Assembly: GCA_001655205.1 (NCBI GenBank)
Contig: LPNZ01011412.1
Location: forward strand, 1 to 46,937
Length of the DNA stretch: 46,937 bases
Direction: 5' to 3'
DNA from: Lenisia limosa
Taxonomy: Eukaryota > Protista > Breviatea
Part shown: one piece after another, positions 12,253 through 24,903 of the stretch
How the letters are laid out: each line of letters starts with the position of its first letter
How positions within the stretch are numbered: the first letter of the stretch is position 1
The notes under the pieces: model-generated
Told to the model about the DNA's origin: nothing
What the model saw: only the letters and a program-made list of their open reading frames with translations
The model's database searches: none
Program-made: the position numbers and the translations under genes

Positions 12253-14575
12253 GTGAAGGCCTTGACTGCTGTCTGTCGGGTCAAAATGACAACAAGAAAG
12301 GTTTTACTTACTGCTTGGTACTTAGGGTTGGGGGGAGAGTCCCATTGCACAACATGGTCGGCTGTATCTGAAGGAATGAAACTTGCATTGCCAAAAGAAA
12401 ACATAGATGAACCTATTCTTGAAATATTCCGAAAAACAATAAGAAAAAAATTAAATGGTCACACCTTTTCTTGTTTTCTGAGTTTCGACCTTTGCACAGT
12501 CCGCTGCAAGGCTTGGGAGGTGGGTGGGCTGGGATGGCTTGCAAACAATTGCCATGACTTCACATTCCGATAGCGGCGTGTCAAACNNNNNNNNNNNNNN
12601 NNNNNNNNNNNNNNNNNNNNNNNNNNNNNNNNNNNNNNNNNNNNNNNNNNNNNNNNNNNNNNNNNNNNNNNNNNNNTGTGAAGGTGGAGGTACGGGGGAG
12701 CATACCCCTCTTAGTACTTGATTATAGTTTCAATAATTTGTAGTATTATAATAGCAAATATACAAGGGATCAAGGGGCTGCTTCCAAGCTGCCATGCGCT
12801 CGCAGGCCGCCCATCAATATTGATCGGTTGATCTAAATGGCTGTTGAGTTTTTTCGCTTTTCTGCCCTTTCTCTGTTCCTAAAGTCATAATACATACAAT
12901 GAAGGCAGATATTGTTCTTTGTAACTATCTCATCGAATTCTTCCCATTTTGCCGAACCCTCCCCCTGCTTGTTCGTCCCAAGCAGCACTCTAAGCTGATC
13001 ACTAAGCCATGGGGAACGCAAAATGATGACGTTATCAATAAGCTTCACAAAAAGGTCAATGATGACTACCACTACTGTGGATTCTGCGAGGTTGGTGCAG
13101 AATGAGCTCTCTTCTGCGTACATTGTGCAATATATAGCAATGAGAAATAAAAAGAAATGAGGTTGTATCTGGCCGAAGCTGTCCACATCATCACGCTTAT
13201 AAGAGATATTGGATTATAGTATAATATTAATCACCCAATTATTTCTTAGCTTTCTGCGTGCCCATCAACTTTCCGATTGTGCATAATACCAACATTAAAC
13301 CTTCCCCAACTCTTTAGAAACCTGGATGCCTTGTCCGTACAGAAGGAGAGAAACTTCCTCAGCTATCACTGTCGCCAGTCTGGGAGTATGAGCCGTCGGC
13401 ATGCTCCATGTCCCTTCAGAAGGTCGTGGTATGTCTTGGGTGAATGGTGCACTGTTTTGAGCCGTTTGTTCAAGCATAACCCTTTAGCCGGCGTGTCACA
13501 CTTGTATCTCCACAAGGGACTTCCTCAAGTGGGTGGACCCTGACGCTGATGTCAACAAGGTGGGTTGAGTGCTTGAATTATGAGCTGGACTTGGACTCTG
13601 TCGAGCTTTGATGTGATTCGCTTTCTCTCCTCTCTCATGATTTACCAGGAATTGTTCTACAATCATCTGACGACTGTTAACAAAATTGATTCTGATATCC
13701 AAGAGCCTGAGAGAATCATCAAATTTGCTTTCCAAGCATACGTGAGAGGAGGGGGAACAAGGAACTGCACAGAATAGAATATTGCATTGTTTATGCAATG
13801 CGAGGTAAATGATTCGCTTTTTAGGCATCATCAAAGTTTTTAGTTCTCGAATCTATTCTTTTTGGCACTTCTGGATTTCATTATTTAGTCTCTCCTATCC
13901 AAGTTCCCCACTTTGAATCTTTTGGTAGGCAAAAGCCTGACAAACAGGAGGGAGAATAATGGGTGTATTATGGTAGAAACAACTTGTTGCTTCCCCTCTC
14001 CTCAGATTGGTCTGTCATTACTCTGAAAAGGATACCTACTATAAAGATACACAATATATTATCTTTGTTCTAGCCTACTATGATTATATCATATGTTCAA
14101 TCACAAGCTCATTACTTTCCTCATTTGTGACCCATGCAGGTTGGAGGAAAGAAGCTCGACGGAGTTGTTGATTGGTCTGCTATTATCATGGCCCTTCTCC
14201 CCATACCCAAACAAGAAATCAATGAACGTTATGGTTTCGAAACTGAAAAGAAAACAAAAAAAGGTAGGGAGCTTTTGTGAGAGAATATCATTTAGATCAA
14301 TGGCTTCTCCTTTTACTCCCTCAGTAGCACCAAAAACCGGAGGAAAGAAAGCTGCTGTTAAAGTAGATAGTCAGAAGATCTCCAAGAAAGAGCATCCACT
14401 TAAGAAGGTTGAGGTAGAGAAGAAGAAAGAAAAGAAGGTTGAGGTAGAGAAGAAGAAAGTAGAAAAAAAGGTTGAGCCAAAGGAAGAGAAGAAAGAAGAG
14501 GTTGTTGAAAAGGTTGCTTCAAAAAAGAAGAAAATCCGTATTGTCAAGAAAAAAAAGGCCAAGAAAACAGAGTAA
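12253..14575 (+). CDS. multi-exon gene of unknown function with a Lys/Glu-rich C-terminal tail
   Basis: Plus-strand exons with canonical junctions: CHALAGRPSILI|DIVLCNYLIEFFPFCRTLPLLVRPK, PGCLVRTEGEKLPQLSLSPVWEYEP, and VGGKKLDGVVDWSAIIMALLPIPKQEINERYG...KK|VAPKTGGKK...KKAKKTE*. Middle exons not fully resolved; could be two genes. Confidence 0.55.
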
Positions 14576-14711
14576 TTGTACCCAAATAATGGTGAAAGGG
14601 CTCCATTCACATTTCATTCCAAGAAAGATTAGTTTATCTTGAATGTTGTTGATACATTCCCCTGAAGTGTAAAAAGAGACTGGTCACCATAGCCTACAGA
14701 GTCCTTCAATG

Positions 14712-16646
14712 TCATTGTTTTATGTAACCATCAATGCGCTTGAACGCTGAAGATGTGAGACATCAAAATGGAGGAAAAGTGGAGAAGTAGATGGGACATG
14801 ATGAGCCATTTCTACTCATTTGTACATGTTTTCATATTTTGTGATACTATATAATATGCATATCATATTATAACAATATTAACAAAAATAAGAAAATTGA
14901 CCAAACGAATTAGTTCATGTAAGATAAACATATCACCCTTCTTACATCGTCCTTTTCGTTTGTATTCGTTCTGAATTAAAAGATACTGGTACGAAAAAAA
15001 GTAGAGCAAGTCATCAACCTCCCCTGTTGGTGTCAAAGGGGGCTGAAAATAACCTAAAAAAATCTGTCTAATTGTCAAACCTGTATATGCTCCAGTTTTG
15101 CTTCTGATAAAATCCCTGAATTGTAAACACAAGAAGTTAACGTATTATGCTTACTGAACAAAGTAGAAGATGGCTTCGATAGTGGAGAGAAAAGACGGAC
15201 CAAAGTTCTGGTGTCTAAAAGTGAATATCGGAGAAAATGAAGAGATCATATGAAATGACATACCGCCAGAAAAGAGTTTCCCTATTAGGAATTTTGACAC
15301 GAGGAATACCTTCAACAGAAGGATTCTGCAGAATTCCTCCACATGTCTGCCATGTACTCTCTGATGGTTAAAGGTTAAAAAGAGTATGTGTCAATTGAGA
15401 AAAGAAATCACCATATTCCTCAATTGAAGCTTTCACCTATACCTATAAATACGACATTTGCCACTTTGTCAAAATCTAGCTCATCCAGGCTTTGCGCATC
15501 CTAAATTATTCAGTTCTCTGTCTGTCGGCCTTCTATGCATGGCAGGAGGTGTTTGGTCATTATTTGATTATTCAACATAAAGGGGGGGGGGGGACACCCA
15601 ATGTTAGTAAAATGATGATTCACCTAATCATTNNNNNNNNNNNNNNNNNNNNNNNNNNNNNNNNNNNNNNAGCTTTCTGCCTGCCTCCCCAGCATACTAT
15701 AACTATATGAATAATGAGTCAGCTTTATAATAACATATGAAATGAAAGTAATATTAGATTTGATTAGATCGAGAAATTATAATACACTCGATTACAGACT
15801 AAATAATGAAATAGCAAAAGTATAACCTTTTATTCTCTGACTAACTTTACAGGACAATTACTTTCATAAAATACTTTTTGGAAATCTTTGCAATTTATTC
15901 AGGTATCGCTAAATGTCGCCATCGCAAAATAAACACGACAGCTTTGTTTGACCCTCCCACTCCCCTCCACAATAATCTAACTCCCTCAAACCTCGGAGGG
16001 AAACAGTAACACTGTAGTTTCAGGGTCAAACTCAGGTATTTCAAGGTTAGAGTGTACTGACACATCCTCAGGCGCAAGAACCCTGGTGTCAGAGTAAAAG
16101 CACATATACATGAGAATGCGTCAGAAAATTCATTCCCTCAAACTTGGCATGAATCGACGTGGCTTTTGTAATCTTCTCACTTTCATGTTTGATTCTAGAG
16201 AAATCAACCATTACACCAGCAGGCACAAACATATGAACATGGATCGGCAGCTTAATGTTCGGCGAATCCAGGACCGGTAGCATGCAGCGCGGGCAGAACA
16301 TCGTTTTTGGCTTACCACAGTTTGGGCAATGCTAGCATATTATTACGAAAATAACAACACAACAAACAAAAATGAAAATAGTCAATTAAGGGGGAGCAAC
16401 ATGATGTTACAGAACTAAAATTGCCAGAATGGGTTGGGAGGGGAGGGGTGTCCAATGAATATAACGCCAACATACGTGCTTCTGTTTCTCAAGCAAGGGT
16501 GCAAGTGAGCTAATTTTAAACTCCGAAAAAGGACTGTCCTCAGACTCCACAAGATCCAAGGGAACCTTTTTGGCGGCTTCACTTCCTCCTTGGGTGGCTG
16601 ACGCTGAGCCAAAGACTGAGTCAGGAAGGTCTTCAAGAGATTCCAT
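14712..16646 (-). CDS. DTWD1: DTW-domain tRNA-uridine aminocarboxypropyltransferase, DTWD1 type
   Basis: Stitched exons give CPNCGKPKTMFCPRC, IIKHESEKITKATSIHAK, LAPEDV...PEFDPETTVLLFPSE, VVFI(E)STW, ETLFWRHQ, LSTIEAIFYF and DDLLYFFSYQYLLI. All match DTWD1 family blocks in order. Confidence 0.9.
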
Positions 16647-16891
16647 GATGATAGTTGGGGGGTTGGGTCAATCTGTTTGTTTTGCCTTGTACCTTGTCCC
16701 CCAGGGTCTCCTTACCTGACGAGACCCTGACCTTGCTTGCTGCCTAGTGCCGCTGCCCTATGTGAAAAATTCTGGAAGAATGAAACCCCAGGTTCGATAT
16801 ATATTTCCCCCTATAAGTCTCTCTTCTCAGTCGATTCTCAGCTCAGCTCTTCAATTTAATATTATTCTTTTATTTTATAAACATAACAGGG

Positions 16892-19431
16892 ATGGATGAG
16901 ATCGGGTTCGATTGGGCTGAGTCAATTCAGTACATTACCGCTCTTGCTGTTTTAGTTTATGTAATTTACATTGGTATTTACTCAGTTCCATCAGCATTGA
17001 AATCAGATATCGTAGAAGCTGCCAAAAAAGAAGAAGAAAGTGACGACGAGTTCGACATCACCATCAAAAGTCGCACTGTCATCAACAGTGGCAAAGGAAA
17101 AACCGATTTCATGAAGACAGACGGTAAGATCACAGAAAAAGCAGACAAGGAGGCCCCTGAAGAAGAGACCAAAGAGAATTCCGTGAAAAAGGCAGAACCT
17201 GAATCTAAGTCGAAGCCCCTTAGTATGAAGCTAACTCCTGAACGTAAGGCTGCTCTCGAGTTGCGCAACAAGCAACGTGCGATCTACAATAGGGAACAGA
17301 TCTTCCTCCACACAGCTCAGGGAAAGGTTTGCTTGACTCTTCCTACCAGAGGATAACTTCACTTTTCTGTATCAATAGGAAATTACTGGCTCTAGTTTCA
17401 CAGTCTGACTTCCTTTTAGGCTCTCCGATATGACAATGAAGAAACCCCTGTTCAAGTTTGTTTCAATTAGCATCACCTTGTGTTCCCATTGGAAAACTGT
17501 GGAATTCTTTGACCAAGTAGTTTGGAGGCGCCTTTTGTGAGCGCTTCAAGTCGGACGTCTTCGTTCTCATTATCAACGCCTACGACAAAGAACGTCGCTC
17601 TGTCCGCTTCAGTCTCATTCATTCTCCACAGAGTGATAAGCAGGTAAGTTGTAATAGGGTAAGCGATAATGTTGACATGCTATGGTGTCAAATATGTAGC
17701 TTCACAGATGTTTCACATGATACAGTGCAGTGTAAGTGATGTTTACGACACCCAGGTGAAGCGTGAAGTCAAGTGGGTCAATGAGAAGCCTGGAAACGTG
17801 GTGATGTATCGTCTCCATAGACCTCGTAAAGTGAGTACCATTCGTTGATCCCTTATTTTGAATCGCTACCCTGACATGCTCTCAGGATTGTCATGACGAG
17901 GTTAAAGCCAAGTTGCCCAAATATGCCGAGTACCTTGAAATCTTCAAAGTAAGCTGAAATTGCTTTCATGCCTGTGTATTGTCTGGTTTCAAAAGAGAAA
18001 TTCACCCCCCCACAGATTCATGATAATGAAACATCGGTCTCTGGCCTGATGGTTGACAATGCTGGTGTTCATTTTGTTGGAACTGATGGGCACTGTATTG
18101 TAGGGGGATGAGCAACTACCTTGGTTATTCTTGAACTTCACCCCATGCTTTTCACGGTTTAGCCGAAGCCTGTTTTCCAAAGCCACCCCATGACCGACCG
18201 TCTCACCGCCGCCGCAGTGATTAACTCATTCTGGGCTGCAGAAGACGAAGAAGCTGCCAACTTGAAGTCTGTTTTTCGACTGTGTTGTTTTTGTTGTTGC
18301 TTTTCTCCCTTCGTTGTGCGTTTGGTTTTAAGTGAAGTTCTAATATTAGTAGGCTCTGTTCAGTGATTTACGATGGAATGGAATGGAGGGACCCTGCTAC
18401 CTTCTTCAAACACGATATCAACATGGTGGCTGCTGCCCAGTTGGGGGGGATGCACAAGGTGTAATGTTGATAATTAATGTTTTAGGAAGCGTATGGAACT
18501 CTATGGAATTGAACCTTCAAGCTCAGAGAAAGATATCCAGGTGGGAAAGTAGATGGGCTTTGCACTTGGGATTCATTGTGAATTCTAATTACTATTAGGT
18601 GGGAGTGGTGGCTTTGGCCCAGCAAGATCCCCTTTACAAACGTTACATCAAGAGCCCCAACCTTCTCCATGGGTATGCGCTTCATTCTCAGAAAAGAATT
18701 GTATAAACGTCCCCCCTCCCCCCCCCCCCNNNNNNNNNNNNNNNNNNNNNNNNNNNNNNNNNNNNNNNNNNNNNNNNNNNNNNNNNNNNNNNNNNNNNNN
18801 NNNNNNNNNNNNNNNNNNNNNNNNNNNNNNNNNNNNNNNNNNNNNNNNNNNNNNNNNNNNNNNNNNNNNNNNNNNNNNNNNNNNNNNNNNNNNNNNNNNN
18901 NNNNNNNNNNNNNNNNNNNNATGTGCTAAAATAGTAGGTTGAGTGTGCCTATAAGAAGGGAGAAGAAGACGCCAAGGCTTCCGAGAAAGAACCTGCCTCA
19001 ATTGATGAGGTTTGTGGATTGCTGCAGTATTTTTTACTCGTCACTTCAATACCCTCCTGCCAATGAACTGTGGAAAATTATATTTAATAGCTAGGTTTCA
19101 AAAAAACTCACAAACTTCAGATAGACGAGGAGATTGATGCTGATGCGGACAGCACACTGAAAGGTAGTTGGCATTGCTTTCTCAATCTCCATCGCTATCC
19201 TTGAAGTGAATTAACTAGGGCTTCACTCCGGCCCAGAAAGTGACTGAATTCCTCGATAAATCATCGATATTTTCTTTTTGTAACAAAGCTTTTTTGACAG
19301 GTTTTAGCTCCGCCTCTTGCGGAATCTGGAGTGGAACCGGAGATGTCAGTGGAGGAGGCTCTGGCAACAAAAGAAGCAATCGAGGAAAAGGCTGCACCGT
19401 GGGAGGGAGGAAGGGCTTTTCTTTGAGTTAA
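16892..19431 (+). CDS. multi-exon gene of unknown function with an N-terminal transmembrane anchor
   Basis: First exon 16892 to about 17326 with hydrophobic YITALAVLVYVIYIGIYSV. Numerous short spliced exons follow. Last exon APPLAESGVEPEMSVEEAL...*. Spans a gap. Confidence 0.65.
19216..19273. mobile_element. single end of the TAGGG MITE family (copy 2, inverted)
   Basis: Its reverse complement aligns with 6545-6610 (AAAATATCGAT..TTTATCGAG.AATTCAGTC...GTGAAGCCCTA). Lies in an intron. Confidence 0.75.
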
Positions 19432-19575
19432 TGTTATTGTTTCTTTTGATTGACTTTTTAGTGTTGAAGCCCCAGACACGGAATAGGTTCACTACACAAC
19501 TGATTTAATGCATTCTGAAGCCACGTACCCTGTTTGTTTGAAGGGGCAATATGTATTATGTATCTAAGAGAGCAG

Positions 19576-21759
19576 TTAACTAGCAGAGGAGCCCATAGAA
19601 ACGGGGAGAGTGACACCAGTGATGAAGGAGGAAGCTCCTAGATGGTCAATAGTGTGTTTGAAGAAGGAAATCGCATTAGAGGCAAGGACATACTGCTTGC
19701 AAGGAAGACAACAGCGTTGGCCATTTCCCATGGCTGTCCGAGGGTGTGGCTAGAACAGTAAAAAATCGCTAGTATTATGGCAAAAAGCCAAGGAATATCA
19801 ACACAAAGCCCATGTTTCAATTGATCTCACAGACCTGGGGTTAGCTGCCGCAAATTCGGCTTCATGGACCTTCCAGTCATCATCCTCACGGAAAATCTGG
19901 GCAAGTTAGAATCGCAAATGTGTCTGAGGTTAAAAATTGCACTTGTCACCTACTTCAGGGGGAGCATCAAGGAACTCTTCGGGGTACTTGGTGGGGTTGA
20001 AGAGCTTAACCTGCGGAGTGAGGAAGGGTTCACATTGAACCGCAAGATAAAAACTGTCATAATAACGCAGACTTGGTTCCTTGTGAAGCGAGTGTCAACC
20101 ATTCCTGGAGCAATAGCGTTGACGCGGAAGTTGACAGGGGCGGCTGAAACCATTAGAAGAGACATGATAGGGTTGAGTTCATGAAATCTAAGGTTCCAAC
20201 TTACTTTCATCAACATACTCAAGAGCAACAGACTATAAAGTTAGGTGTAAAGAAAATGGAAAATATTAGTTGAGCATGGCTTCCATCCTATTCATGAGTG
20301 AAACAAGTCCATACCTTTGTGAGACCAATAATGGCGTGTTTTGAAGCAGCATAAAGACAGCAGCTGGGGCAAGCATCTGTGATAATGAGTAAGCTTGATA
20401 TAACAAAAAAAAAAAAAGTAATCATGACCTCTAATAAAACTGCTTACCAAGACCATTCATTGATGAGGTGTTGATGATTGACCCTCCACTCTTTCCTTCT
20501 TTCACCCAGGCGCGAGCTTGGTATTTCAGCATTTGGTACACTCCATAGATGTTGTTTTTGAGGGGGTCCTGAAAGAGTGATTTTTAAGGTTAATAGATTG
20601 AAATTCAACTAAAGGTCTCACTCAAAACAGAAAAGAGGAAAGAAGTCCTTCAAACCTCAATCCAGGTTTCTCCCTCAGGTGAAGCCGGGTTGGTGTCAAT
20701 TTCTCCAATAGGGTGGGTGTGGATAGGTCCGATAGGGCCGGGAACGCCTAAAAATGTCAATGGTTAATGGACCAAGTGTGCCTTACCAGCGTTGTTGAGA
20801 GCAACGTCGAAAGTACCGAACTTCTCATATACAAACTAAAACGGTGACATCCTTGTCCAATGCTCTGTATCCATTATTTCCACCAACGTCCATGAGTTTT
20901 CTGCAGTCTTCATCCTTGGAGACGTCAGCCTTGAAGAAGTAAACTGAGTTCGTGTCACCCAGCTCCTTGGCTGCGAGTCTCATGCGGGTCTCTACCTCAT
21001 GCCCACTGCTCGGTGAGACACCATAATACCACTGAGAAGAGCAATCTAAACTTAGTTCTCCCAGCCAACCGGTTCGCATCACGTCCACAGAACACCACCT
21101 GAACAATGAGTTTTGAAATGGCACTTATTATTATGTATATATCTGTAAAAAGTCATCTGTCATTTATATTAATATGTCCAACTTTGGATCTTTGTTGGAC
21201 AAAGGCCCAGACAGTCGCTTCTCCAATTCCACTCGAGCCACCAGTTACCACTGCAACCTACGACATTAGTCATGTCAATTGTAACACCGATTTCCTTTTC
21301 CGAAGGCCACTTCCAACCTTTCCCTTGAGGTCACGGTAAATGGGGAACGCATTGTCTGCACCGCCAGTGATGTCGTCCTGAGAACGATTGCGGAGAGGCT
21401 CAATGTCAAATTCCTGGATACAATCAGGTTGTGAGTGGAAATGTAAGGTGACACAAAGGTTGACAAGTTCTTCTGCTGAGGAGATGAAGAATACTTTTAA
21501 ATAAGTGAATAAGTAGTGTTAGGAGTTAATAGTTCTCTTGTAGTGATGGCAAGAAGGCGGTTAGAGAAAGTAACGAGCATCGGTAAGAACGGACCAGCAA
21601 AAGAGATTGGGTAAGGGACAAATGTTCGAGTTTAGCCGAGCAAAATTGGTATGTGATTGTTATAGTAGTAGTAGCACAGGATGCAACGAAATACAAGCAG
21701 CTCACATTGGCAAAAACAAAAGCAAGAATGAGCAACAAGAAGAGTGGCACGGATGTCAT
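19576..21759 (-). CDS. classical short-chain dehydrogenase/reductase, possibly with an N-terminal signal peptide
   Basis: Exons give KVAVVTGGSSGIG, FKADVS, DVALNNAG, IINTSS, YAASKHAIIGLTK (YxxxK), RVNAIAPGMVDT, ANAVVFLAS and SFITG. The first exon (MTSVPLFLLLILAFVFAN) is less certain. Confidence 0.92.
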
Positions 21760-21839
21760 TGTACGATGAAGTCAAGGTCTACCCAAAGACTCTCTGTTGT
21801 TCTTCTGTTGGTTTTTTTTTGCGGCTCTTTTTTTTTTGT

Positions 21840-22290
21840 TAAAAAAAGAGTTGGAGGCTGGTCCGCTGAGGACGAGTGATAGACATTATACACACTGGTC
21901 CAATATTTCACAATATATTTCCAAAATTGGAGAGAAGAAGAGGAAGAGAGAGCTGCTGCTATACCATCCCCACCCTCAATCACGTAGTCCATCTGGGAAC
22001 AATGCGCCAACCCTTTCCCGCTGCCTTTCTATTCCTTTTGACGATTATCATTAGCCCATTGTGTTGGGGATTCCAAGCAACGCCGTACGGATATAAAGGT
22101 TTGTGCCACGTGTATGCACCTCATCATCGTCACAGTGGCCTCGTTGGAGGCGGATAGCTTGAACGTCACAACTGAGCTGAATATTGCTGGTAAAGCTGTG
22201 ACTGGTGACGGTATGCGGGTAGTAGTTGGGGTGTTTTGCCAATGAATTGCGCACTGAGCTTAAGGTACACCTTGTTGGTCTCGTTTTCTG
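21840..22290 (-). CDS. possible 3' exons of an unknown gene
   Basis: Short exon-like segments with splice signals, e.g. CCCAG|MDYVIEGGD|GTATAG. Not fully resolvable. Confidence 0.3.
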
Positions 22291-22885
22291 CGCTGTGGCT
22301 TGAGCTTAAGTTTCACCCTGTTGGCCTCGTTTTCTGCGCTGTGGCTATGGACTATGTAGCAATTTGGTCTTCACTTCACTACACAAAAATATTTTTTTTT
22401 TTTTTTTTTTGNNNNNNNNNNNNNNNNNNNNNNNNNNNNNNNNNNNNNNNNNNNNNNNNNNNNNNNNNNNNNNNNNTAAAGACTGATACTTTTTTTTGAA
22501 CCAATGTGAAGCCTCATATTTATTAAATTCTCATCTTGCTCAGACCCAGTATTTGGAATAAGTGTGAGCGATGTTCACGCCACTTCTGCCATTGCCAACT
22601 TCCTGTCTCCCGTGGACTTTATCCTGGAGGTAGGAGGCTGGATGAAGTGTCTGGCCAAATCTTAGTATTTTGTTCATTAAGGTAGCAATGTTCTTTTTTA
22701 CTCATAAATAGCGTCTACATTTGAACTCAATTGAATAGGATTATAATTTGTGCAATTGTTCTTGATATACTCTAGGTGTGTCTTTTATAAAATGCAGATA
22801 ACTGTGTGAACGTAGTTGTAGGGCAAATGATTGGGTGAATTAATATTATGCTACAATCAATACTTCAGGCTTCTCCAGAACAAAA

Positions 22886-24702
22886 GTGAAGCTTGATTCA
22901 ACCTCTTTTTCTTTGTTATTTCTTATTGTTTCTGATGTGATAGGTTATTTCTGTCCGCCCGGTTCTCGGAGACCCTGCTCAATGTACTTGGGCGGCATTC
23001 TAATCTCATTATATCACGATGCAATTGTATCATTATATCACGATAATGTACAAATCAGTATCATTATATCACGATAATGTACAAATCAGTATCATAACTT
23101 TCTTTCGTTAATTATGTTTTCTGTATGGTATTGGACGGCTTATTTTGCAGACATGATTTCAGCTGGGGAGACTAATAAACAACTTCTCGATCTTTATGTC
23201 AACACACAATATGTCGTGCGAGTAAGTTCAGCTGAAGGTCAGGGAATTATTCAATTCTTCAGGCATGTTTTACTTCATCTGGCCAGAAGTGCGATAGCGG
23301 GTACCCCTTCACAACCCCCTTAGTTCAAAAGGTTTCAGGGAAACAAAGGGAAACTTTGTCATTCTTTGTTCTTTGATTATTGTCAACTAAATCATTCCCT
23401 CATCAGTGTTGCAGGTTCGTCAATTTGACCCGCTGAATGGTGTCAGAACAGGAGGGGTCTTCCCCTTAGGTATCGTACCAGATGACCACGTTTTTACTCT
23501 TGAGGTGGGCAACACTGAGGTTTACTCAGTTTACTCCTTAGTTTTCAACGTCTCTTCCCAGCGCTGCCAGCCGCAGCCTGGTGTCAGCCACACACTATCT
23601 TAGCGCATGTGTGGGTACAGACAACTCCATTATCTTGGCAACTTCCGCTATAGTAGGCGTTCAGAAGAGTGATGTTCCAGGTTGCAGCAGGTTTTGAATA
23701 TACTCTGCGTGGTTATGTTATTAACTTAGCAAGTAACAATTCCGTTTTGCAATACTGTAAAAGATGATACCGAAACTGTTTGTTTGAATATTGCTGATAG
23801 TTTGATAACTTATTTTATGACTTGTTTCAGTTCAAAATATTAACTGAAGTGATGTCTATTCGTAGTTGGCTAAAATTTCAATACTCCCCCCCCCCCTCTC
23901 CACTATTTACATTCAAGAAACATTATATGTACTGGAGAAGCGTTTCAAAAGCAGTTGATACGGCCGTTGTTCCTTTAATTGGTTAGTGTGGGGCAAGAGA
24001 TGGGAGTTATTGATTGTAATAACCTGCATAGAAGACGCACCCCTCCATTTTGTGGTGCAGAACAACGGAACAGACGGTGTGGTTGCGTATATTAACGGAA
24101 TCACGGCGGCCACCTGGGACACTGGATACGGTCCTTCTGACGACCTCAACACCAATTTAGTGGGCTGGCTTCTTGGGGCAAGGGGGGTCCATCCTATTTG
24201 ACATTCTAGATTCTCGGCCTGGGTGGCGACTTTGATAGCAGCGTTTGGGGGAAAGGGCTGTTTTATTGAGTCTGGTACCATGATCTCATAATGTAGTGTA
24301 CGGTTGGAACTGACTGGGCAGTGACACAGCAATGCCCAGGTTGTTATATGTTTGGAGTATGGGGGGTCGTATTATTGAATTCTTGGAGTGTTGTTAAAAA
24401 GTATAACCTTTTAGTTGCGCATTTTACCGGGACTTATCCCTATTGAGCGCTTCACACCCCATGTATTAAGACCAGCTGAGCAGTCATTGGTAGGTGTTAC
24501 TTGTTTGTCCTGCAATATACTGCGTTGTTCACCAATTAGGGAGTCACACCAAGTTACGAGACATTCTTCCAAGTAAGTGCCAATACCATATAATATGTCT
24601 TATTTTACGCTGTAGGATACTTCAGAAATGGCATCATTTACGGCGGCGGCCAAGTTCCCCCTGGTTGACGCTCCTGAGTTCGCTCCAAGTGTTTATAACT
24701 AG
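22886..24702 (+). CDS. probable cell-surface or secreted protein of unknown function
   Basis: Exons GYFCPPGS, DMISAGETNKQLLDLYVNTQYVVRV, QVRQFDPLNGVRTGGVFPLG, FVVQNNGTDGVVAYINGITAATWDTGYGP and YFRNGIIYGGGQVPLVDAPEFAPSVYN*. Start uncertain. Confidence 0.5.
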
Positions 24703-24903
24703 GTGTTTCGTTGTTGCAAGTCGCATGTGTGTATATCAATGAATGTAGTTTTTGAAACATTTGAGAGATAGCTTTAGATTTTTCTCAGCACTTTGATGCA
24801 TGCCATCTGGCTACAGATTAAAGAAGGTTCCGTGCAGGGTGAACTTAGTAAAATAATAGGATATGTACATTGAACACAATAAATAATGAAAAAGAAGAAA
24901 AGC

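Noticed and set aside
12833-13834. Minus-strand ORFs as a gene
   Set aside because: The plus strand has consistent donor/acceptor pairs and joined frames; these are probably antisense shadows.
14300-14575. Stand-alone histone H1-like lysine-rich ORF
   Set aside because: It splices in frame (phase 1, CTCAG|TA GCA) to an upstream exon, so it is the tail of a larger protein.
16700-16810. U1 snRNA or tRNA (CTTACCTG, AATTCTGG, GGTTCGA words)
   Set aside because: No U1 stem-loop organisation and no cloverleaf or A-box could be built.
21756-21759. ATGA stop/start overlap suggesting translational coupling
   Set aside because: The upstream ORF runs through A-rich UTR-like sequence and is probably not the true last exon.
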